Origin: the human T2T-CHM13v2.0 reference genome, Homo sapiens
Direction: 5' to 3' (one strand)
Length of the DNA: 64,000 nt
NCBI RefSeq assembly: GCF_009914755.1
Contig: NC_060940.1
Below, piece after piece: positions 41,350 to 64,000 of the stretch. The position numbers were made by a program, and so were the translations under genes. The first letter of the stretch is position 1, and each line of letters begins with the position of its first letter. The notes under the pieces were generated by a model that ran no database searches, had not been told where the DNA came from, and worked only from the letters and a program-made list of their open reading frames with translations.

Positions 41350-42397
41350 GGCCAGGCCTGAACCTTCTTGGCTGGGGCAAACCACTCTTCAAGTGGTGGC
41401 AGAGTCCCAGCACGGCAGCCCGCCTCTCCCCCTGCTGAGACTTTAATCTCCACCAGCCCTTAAAGTGTCGGCCGCTCTGTGACTGGAGTTATGCTCTTTT
41501 GAAATGTCACAAGGCCGCCTCCCACCTCTGGGGCATTGTACAAGTTCTTCCCTCTCCCTGAAGTGCCTTTCCTGCTTTCTTCGTGGTAGGTTCTAGCACA
41601 TTCCTCTAGCTTCCTGGAGGACTCACTCCCCCAGGAAGCCTTCCCTGCCTTCTCTGGGCTGTGCGGCCCCGAGTCTGCGTCCATTAGAGCACAGTCCACC
41701 CGAGGCTAGCACCGTGTCTGTGTCTGTCTCCCCCTCAGAGGAGCTCTCTCAAAATGGGGATTAGCCTAACCCCACTCTGTCACCCACACCAGGATCGGGT
41801 GGGACCTGGAGCTAGGGGGTGTTTGCTGAGTGAGTGAGTGAAACACAGAATATGGGAATGGCAGCTGCTGAACTTGAACCCAGAGCCTTCAGGTGCCAAA
41901 GCCATACTCAGGCCCCCACCGACATTGTCCACCCTGGCCAGAAGGGTGCATGCCAATGGCAGAGACCTGGGATGGGAGAAGTCCTGGGGCGCCAGGGGAT
42001 CCAGCCTAGAGCAGACCTTAGCCCCTGACTAAGGCCTCAGACTAGGGCGGGAGGGGTCTCCTCCTCTCTGCTGCCCAGTCCTGGCCCCTGCACAAGACAA
42101 CAGAATCCATCAGGGCCATGAGTGTCACCCAGACCTGACCCTCACCAATTCCAGCCCTGACCCTCAGGACGCTGGATGCCAGCTCCCAGCCCCAGTGCCG
42201 GGTCCTCCCTCCCTTCCTGGCTTGGGGAGACCAGTTTCTGGGGAGCTTCCAAGAGCACCCACCAAGACACAGCAGGACAGGCCAGGGGAGGGCATCTGGA
42301 CCAGGGCATCCGTCGGGCTATTGTCACAGAGAAAAGAAGAGACCCACCCACTCGGGCTGCAAAAGGTGAAAAGCACCAAGAGGTTTTCAGATGGAAG

Positions 42398-43686
42398 TGA
42401 GAGGTGACAGTGTGCTGGCAGCCCTCACAGCCCTCGCTTGCTCTCCCTGCCGCCTCTGCCTGGGCTCCCACTTTGGCAGCACTTGAGGAGCCCTTCAACC
42501 CGCCGCTGCACTGTAGGAGCCCCTTTCTGGGCTGGCCAAGGCCGGAGCCAGCTCCCTCAGCTTGCGGGGAGGTGCGGAGGGAGAGGGGCGGGCAGGAACC
42601 GGGGCTGCGCGCAGCGCTTGCGGGCCAGAGTGAGTTCCGGGTGGGCGTGGGCTCGGCGGGGCCCCACTCAGAGCAGCTGGCCGGCCCCAGGCAGTGAGGG
42701 CCTTAGCACCTGGGCCAGCAGCTGCTGTGCTCGATTTCTCGCTGGGCCTTAGCTGCCTCCCCGCGGGGCAGGGCTCGGGACCTGCAGCCCTCCATGCCTG
42801 ACCCTCCCCCCACCCCCCGTGGGCTCCTGTGCGGCCGGAGCCTCCCCAAGGAGCGCCGCCCCCTGCTCCACAGCGCCCAGTCCCATCGACCACCCAAGGG
42901 CTGAGGAGTGCGGGTGCACAGCGCGGGACTGGCAGGCAGCTCCACCTGCTGCCCCAGTGCTGGATCCACTGGGTGAAGCCAGCTGGGCTCCTGAGTCTGG
43001 TGGGGACTTGGAGAACCTTTATGTCTAGCTAAGGGATTGTAAATACACCGATGGGCACTCTGTATCTAGCTCAAGGTTTGTAAACACACCAATCAGCACC
43101 CTGTGTCTAGCTCAGTGTTTGTGAATGCACCAATCCACACTCTGTATCTGGCTACTCTGGTGGGGACTTGGAGAACCTTTGTGTCCACACTCTGTATCTA
43201 GCTAATCTAGTGGGGATGTGGAGAACCTTTGTGTCTAGCTCAGGGATCGTAAACGCACCAATCAGCACCCTGTCAAAACAGACCACTTGACTCTCTGTAA
43301 AATGGACCAATCAGCAGGATGTGGGTGGGGCGAGACAAGAGAATAAAAGCAGGCTGCCTGAGCCAGCAGTGACAACCCCCCTCGGGTCCCCTCCCACGCC
43401 GTGGAAGCTTTGTTCTTTCGCTCTTTGCAATAAATCTTGCTACTGCCCACTCTTTGGGTCCACACTGCCTTTATGAGCTGTAACACTCACCGCGAAGGTC
43501 TGCAGCTTCACTCCTGAGCCAGCGAGACCACGAACCCACCAGAAGGAAGAAACTCCGAACGCATCTGAACCTCAGAAGGAACCAGTTCCCGACACGCCAC
43601 CTTTCAGAACTGTAACACTCACCGGGAGGGTCCGTGGCTTCATTCTTGAAGTCAGTGAGACAAAGAACCCACCAATTCCGGACACA
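42398..43686 (+). mobile_element. ERV9 solo LTR (LTR12 family, LTR12C-like), 1289 bp
   Basis: Starts TGAGAGGTGACAG, ends ...CCAATTCCGGACACA. Tandem CCAATCAGCAC / TATCTAGCT repeats at ~43000-43320. 4-bp TSD GAAG (42394-42397 / 43687-43690). Confidence 0.95.
43429..43434 (+). terminator. AATAAA inside LTR12, candidate CES3 polyadenylation signal
   Basis: By eye, no AATAAA/ATTAAA between the CES3 stop (41349) and the LTR. The first hexamers are at 43342 and 43429. Confidence 0.7.
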
Positions 43687-44342
43687 GAAGTAAACATTTC
43701 TTGCTTTGAGGATCAATGTACCACTACCTTAAAACACCTGGGTTTATTTTTGTTTTTGTTTTAGAGACAGGGTCCACTCTGCTGTGCATGCTGGACTGAA
43801 GTGGCACGATTGTAGCTCTCTGCAGCCTTGAACTCCTCGAACTCACTGCAGCCTCGAACTCAATCAAGCGATTCTCCCCCCTCAGCCTCCCAAGTAGCGG
43901 GGACTGCAAGTGAGTGTCGCCATGCCTGGATAATTTTTTTAGTTTTTGTAGGGACAGGGTATCACCATGTTGCCGAGACTGGCCTCAAACTCCTGGCCTC
44001 AAATGATCTTCCCGGCTCGGCCTTCCAAAACACTGGGATTGCAGGTGTGTCCCACTGTGCCCAGCCAACACCTGGATTTCAATACATATCCCAGAGTCTT
44101 CCCTGCCCCCGTTATGCCATCCTACCAGCTCCAGTCGCACAAATGCCCTTCCTCAGTCAGACTGAGCTGCTGGCTGCTGATGGGTGGGTGAAAAGCATTT
44201 TCATTTTCTTTTTTCTTTCTTCCTTTCTTTCTGTCTTGTTTTTTTGAGATGGAGTTTCACTCTTGTTGCCCAGGCTGGAGTGCAATGACACGATCTCAGC
44301 CCACTGAAACCTCTACCTCCCAGGTCCAGGCAATTCTCCTGA

Positions 44343-44615
<273 letters not shown>

Positions 44616-44622
44616 TGAGTCA

Positions 44623-44913
<291 letters not shown>

Positions 44914-44929
44914 TCAGCCAGGCGTGCTA

Positions 44930-45211
<282 letters not shown>

Positions 45212-46363
45212 TTACTCAACCGTGCAGACCAGCGTAGAAGACTGGAAGGGTGGGGAGCGGGGGAAGGGCGTGCCTGGCAGAGGGAACAACAGCAGCAAAG
45301 GCCTGAAGGATGCAATGTGTGGAGGAATCGCGGCTCTGCAGGGCTGGAGAGGTCAGCAAAGAGCAGACGTGAGAGGACTTGTGGGCTGCGACAGGGGTCG
45401 GCATGGACTTGACGCTCATGGAAGCCCTGTTGTATGGAGGAGGGTGGCTGGGAGGGGGGAGAGGAGGGGGAGAGCAGGGAGAACAGGGAGGGGACCAGGG
45501 TGGGCTGCCAGGTGGATGGAGAGGCACTGGTGGGCTCTAGATTTAGAGTCCGCAGACAAGACCGGGCGACTGACCAGACACAGAGGTTGGGGAAAAGAAG
45601 CCCCGATAGGGCAGCCTTAAGGCAAGCAGGAGTGGACCCGGAAATCAGGGGTCTGGTGTGGGCCACACTGGATGTACAAAGAGGCCTCTTCCTCTGGGCC
45701 TGATGGTGGCCCCCACAGGGCAGCCATGGGAGTGTAGCGGGGGGGTGTTACCAGGTTGGGTATCGCCAACACCAGCAGGCCCTGGAGAGGGTGGGCAAGC
45801 CGGCTGCTGAGGCCTCAGACCCTGTCCTAGCTCCAGCCCTCTCCGCCAAGGGCATCCTTCACCCAGGGAGGGAGGAGAATGTCTGGTACTGCCCCAGGGG
45901 TCGGGGGATATGACCTACCAGGCAGAGGGGATTCCAGGCCTCATGCCTCTGTATTCTCTCTTCCCTGAGGCTCCCTGAAGGCCCCTCCATGCCCTAGGAC
46001 CCAGCAGCCATGCAGAGCTGAAGGGAGCAAGCCAAAGACTCAGACAGGCGTGGCCCTGCAGGACAGGGACTGGTGGACCCGGGAGCCTCCCAGTGGAAGG
46101 GCCACAGGAAGGGCCAAGTGAACAGTGCAGGAGTGTGAGCACCAGGGGGCGCTGCAGGATCAGACGTGCACACCTGGACCCCGCCACAGGATGAGGTCCT
46201 AGCAGATGCTTCCAGTATCTACCCAAGGCCAACCTTAGTTACTCACACAACCCGACAGTCTCACACACACACGCTCACGGATAGGGTTCCTACGAGTTCC
46301 ACCATTTACTGGGTGTGTATCTTCTCTTTATTTTATTTCTATTTTTTATTTTTGTTGAGATAG

Positions 46364-46549
<186 letters not shown>

Positions 46550-46965
46550 TAGTCTCTAACTCTTGGCCCCAAGTGATCCACCCACCTCGGCCTCCCAAAG
46601 TGCTGGGATTACAGGCATGAGCCACTGCACTCGACCACAGATGTGTATCTTTGAGTAAGCTGTGTATCCTCTTTGTTCCTCAGTTTTCTCATCTGTAAAA
46701 TGAGAGTAAGGTTAGTGACTCCCTTCCCAGGTCTGGCTGTGAGTACTGAAACATCATTAGCCATGAAGCACCTAGAGTCGTGCTTGACACACAGCCAGTG
46801 CTAAATAAGTGCTCCCTGGCACAGGTATAAACACTCTGCTCGCAATGTCCAAAAAAATCATATGGCTCCTCGACTACAACTCAAACATGGAAGAATTGGG
46901 GTATGTCAGGGAGCATCATAATATTGGCATGAGTCTCTTCCACCTTAAAATAACTTCTGGGACTA

Positions 46966-47094
<129 letters not shown>

Positions 47095-48502
47095 TTAGCC
47101 AGATGTTGTGTCTCACACCTGTAGTAGTGTGAGGCAGGAGGATGGCTTGAGCCCAGGAGTTCGAGGTTACAGTGAGCTGATTGAGCCACAACACTCCAGG
47201 CTGGGCAACAGAGTGAGACTCTGTCTCTAAGTAAATAAATAACTTCTGAGCCTGTAGCTGCCCAAAAGAATTGGTCGGTGGACCCCTGGGAGGCTCTGAA
47301 TGGCAGGTTGAGTGTCATATAGAGTCTGTGTCCCTCCCTGGGGACTTCAGGGAAGCCATGTTCAAGTTCCTCCCCAGTCTGTCTATAGCCCCACCTCCTG
47401 GGTTTTAGCCACCCCCCATCTCCACTTCTGCACGCCCCCGCAGCCTCCACCCCAGTTCCCAGTCCAGCCTGCCCAGGCTCCGGGAAGGCTATTCCAAGAA
47501 CAGGAAGGAACTTGGCAGGGGAACGCCAGCTCTGGTTCTTGCAGTGGCACCCACATGGCCTTCTTTCCCTGCCCTAGCCTGCCTGCCTTCCTTCCCATCA
47601 CCCCCAGACCTCCCACACTTTGGGGCATCGTTGCCACTGGAGCCTCTCTTCGGGTGACGTTGCCCCTCCCTGCTGCCCCCAAGCTGGCCCCTTCCCACTC
47701 TTCAGACCTTGACCAGGACCCCAGGAAACAAGGCAATCGCTGGCGGTGCGGGTAGGGGTGAGGTCCAGGCTTCTCCCGGCCACCCACTGAGCTCTCCTCT
47801 GAGCTCAAGCTTACTCACACCCGGCCTCTCCCGCAGGCCTCTGGGCCGTCCTCTGGGGTTCCGAGAGGACCCCACCTTACAGATGAGGAAATTAGAATCA
47901 GAGAGGGGCAGTACCGTGCCTGAGGCCACACAGTGAGAACAAAGGCAGGACTCACACCCAAGTTTACTGGCCTTCAAACTGCAAGTCCTTCCCCTCCAGA
48001 ATGTGCCCTTGTGTCTAGGGTGGCCTTCCAGGTGCTGGAGTTGGGGTCTAGTGGGCTGACTTGGGTGGGGGGACTGGGATTCTAGTTAGGCCAGCAAGGG
48101 AGGCCCAGAGGAGGGGTTTTGCAAGGCAGTGGCTTCAGACTGGGGCTGGACAGCCCGCAGGGAGATGACAGGGGCCAGCCCTGCTCTCCCTCAGATGCCT
48201 TCATGAGTCCCCTCTGTCTTTTGGGCCTGGACTGTGGCTCCTGGAGTTTGTCAGAGGCCAAGGTGGGCAGGTCAGCTGAGGCCAGGAGTTCAAGACCAGC
48301 CTGGGCAACATGGCAAAATAAAGCTGGGAAACAAAAATACAAAAATTAGCCTGGCATGGTGGCGGGCACCTGCAATCCCAGCTACTTGGGAGGCTGAGGC
48401 AGAAGAATTGCTTGAACCTGGGAGGTGGAGATTACAGTGAAGCCGAGATCGTGCCACTGCATTCTAGCCTGGGTGTCAAAAATAAAAAACAAACAAAAAA
48501 AG

Positions 48503-48650
48503 TGTTAATCGATGACTATGTTATCAGTAAGGCTTCCAGCCAACAGTATGCTATTAGTAAAGTTTATTGGGTGTCAAAAGTTACATGCAGATTTTCAACT
48601 GCATGGTGGTCAACGCCCCTAACACCCACATTGTTCAAGGGTCAACTGTA
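48503..48650. mobile_element. Tigger2-family DNA transposon terminal fragment
   Basis: Ends in the terminal inverted repeat TTGTTCAAGGGTCAACTG followed by TA. Confidence 0.7.
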
Positions 48651-52480
<3,830 letters not shown>

Positions 52481-53122
52481 TCCTCCTTAAGCAATAAAAG
52501 AGCCACAGATATGGGGAATTACACAGACATCACAATCTCCACCACGCTGTGGTGTGCCCCGTGCAGTCCCGCCCACTCAACAGCAATTTGTTTAATCCTC
52601 ACAACAACCCTCACAATTAGTCGTTGTTAGCTCTGTTTTACAGATGGGACAAATGAAGCTCAGAAAGGGCTTCTGGGACACATGGATGGTAAGAGACTAA
52701 GTGAGCTTGGGGCCTACATCTTGTTTTTTTTTGTTTTTTGTTTTTTTAGATGGAGTCTGGTTCTGTCATCCAGGCTGAAGTGTAGTGGTGTGATCCCAAC
52801 CTGCATCCTCCACCCCCCCGGTTCAAATGATTCTCCTGCCTCAGCCTCCCAAGTTGCTGGGATTACAGGCATGTGCTACCACACCGAGTTAATTTCTGTA
52901 TTTTTAGTAGAGATGAGGTTTCACCATGTTAGGCAGGCTGATCTTGAACTGCTGACCTCAGGTGATCCACCACCTTGGCCTCCCAAAGTGCTGGGATTAC
53001 AGGCGTGAGCCACCAAGCCCAGGCTGTTGGGGCCTACATCAGTCAGACTCAGAGATCAATGCTCTTTCCACAGCACGACATCCTTCCCTTTACTCAACCA
53101 AGATACATAGGAATGTTCTTAA

Positions 53123-53313
53123 GAAAATTCTACTAAGAGACTCAGGCAAATAACACCCAGGCTTTCTGAGAAAAGACTGATTCTTGGAAAAGATGATGCT
53201 GTACCAGGACTACCTGAATGAAAACTCTGCTAAGAGACTCAGGCAATTAACAACCAGGCTTTCTGAGAAAAGGCTGATTCTCAGAAAAGATGATACTGTA
53301 CCAGGACTACGTG
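53123..53313. repeat. 97-bp tandem duplication carrying paired GAS (STAT) motifs
   Basis: Units ~53123-53216 and ~53220-53313. TTCnnnGAA at 53164, 53181, 53261 and 53278. Confidence 0.85.
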
Positions 53314-53949
53314 GTTGACGTGGCTGCCCACTCAACATCCCCTGTGCCCCATGTGAGCATCAGATGGGGCACACATGTATCCTGGGCACCTCATCATGGT
53401 ATCTGGCCTGGCACGAGTGCTTCCCATATGGGCTGAGTGAAAGGTTGTTGCCCCCCCAGGGACAGGTGGCAGGAGTAGAGCCAGTGGTTGGCAGAACTCG
53501 TCCTTGAGGCCCACACAGATGTGGCCAAGGAGCTGCATAGCTGAGTGGGGGAATCTATGTGTGGCTGGCCCCTAGGCCTAGCAGGTGGATTCACAATCTT
53601 GTCTGTTTTCCCCACTGCCCCCTTCCCCTGTCCTCTGCCTGACAGCTTGTCCTGTGCATTCTGAACTTTGTCAGATGCTGGGCAGCAAAACAAGCAGCTT
53701 CCTCACCTCCCAAAGCCTAATATCCATACTCCTATTGTTGTGGCCACAGCCTATAAGAGAATCTGGCAGAATGAGGCTGTGAGGATAGGCAGGCAGTCAA
53801 CAGAGAGAGATGTGGTCCAGGCCAGGTGGAGCTGCTGGTAGTCCCTGCTTTCCTGGTCCTGCCCACCCTGTCCTCCCATCCCTATACCTTTAAACCTCAC
53901 ACTGACTGAACCCTCAACTAATGTTCATTTTTTTAAATATGGAAAATAC

Positions 53950-56357
<2,408 letters not shown>

Positions 56358-57071
56358 TGAAGATGGGACTGCTGTCTCCTTGCTTCCACCTCCCACACTT
56401 GCTCCTGTGGCTCCAAACTTCAAACAGGATCTTTCTTTGCCTGGCCCACTCCTCCTCATCCTTTACTTAGAAGATTAGATCTTTTCCAGGGAATCTTCAT
56501 TCCCACCACCCGGCTCTGGGCTCACTCCTCGGGTGCCCCTCTGGGCTCCCACATTACGGTTGCTTTCAGGTCCAGCTTCCGCATGTGGACTATGAAACTG
56601 TGAGGACAGCCAAGGGTCAGCATGTGCGAGGAAAGGCAGGGAAGAGGCTAGACGAGGCACTGGGGAGCAGGGAGGCCCAAGACCCTTAAATCCACAGACA
56701 GGAAGCCCTGGCTGAAGGGCCAAGTAACCAGGTGTTCTACTTCAATCTTGGCACCCACTGTATGCTTAGACCTTGACTCACACATGTTCAGCTTTAAGCC
56801 ACTGCACAGATGAGCAAACGGGGCGGAGATTGCAGGCTGATCAGTTTGAAGAGCCAAGATCATCTAGCGTGACCTGTTGCCCAAGGCAGAGACAAGGCTG
56901 TGGGCTGGTCAGAAGCTGGTTACAATTCCTCCCGCCCCAGTACTTGCTGGCAGGGATTAAGAGCAGATAAAAGTGTGCTCACACACTGTAGACACGGCTA
57001 CCATGCCATCCACAGTGTTGCCATCCACAGTGTTGCCATCACTCCTGCCCACAGCAGGAGCTGGCTGGAGC

Positions 57072-64000
<6,929 letters not shown>

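Noticed and set aside
42990-43320. Regularly spaced ~40-bp repeats that superficially resemble an array
   Set aside because: Standard U3 tandem repeats of LTR12; not CRISPR-like, with no unique spacers.

Overview
Human genomic DNA, recognisable as the 16q22.1 carboxylesterase cluster. The locus identity is recalled knowledge; all exon coordinates were read from the sequence. Contents: complete CIAO2B/FAM96B (- strand, 5 exons, 163 aa, intron 1 is an AT-AC minor-spliceosome intron), head-to-head with complete CES2 (+, 12 exons, 559 aa, or 623 aa from an upstream ATG, ending HTEL); complete CES3 (+, 13 exons, 571 aa, ending QEDL); and the 5' part of CES4A (exon 1 plus the start of exon 2). The window is Alu-dense and has solo HERV-K LTR5 and ERV9 LTR12 elements, both with intact target-site duplications. 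I found no new protein-coding system. The most interesting unexplained structure is a layered duplication relic between CES2 and CES3: a splice-dead copy of the CES2 promoter/exon 1 with a 205-bp perfect-identity core, flanked by a duplicated block carrying consensus CTCF sites, with a templated junction insert. Other notable items: the LTR12 supplies CES3's first canonical poly(A) signals; a candidate signal-peptide-less CES3 first exon; a duplicated 'poison' splice acceptor at CES4A exon 2; and a duplicated STAT (GAS) site cluster upstream of CES4A. Repeat boundaries without a stated TSD are approximate.
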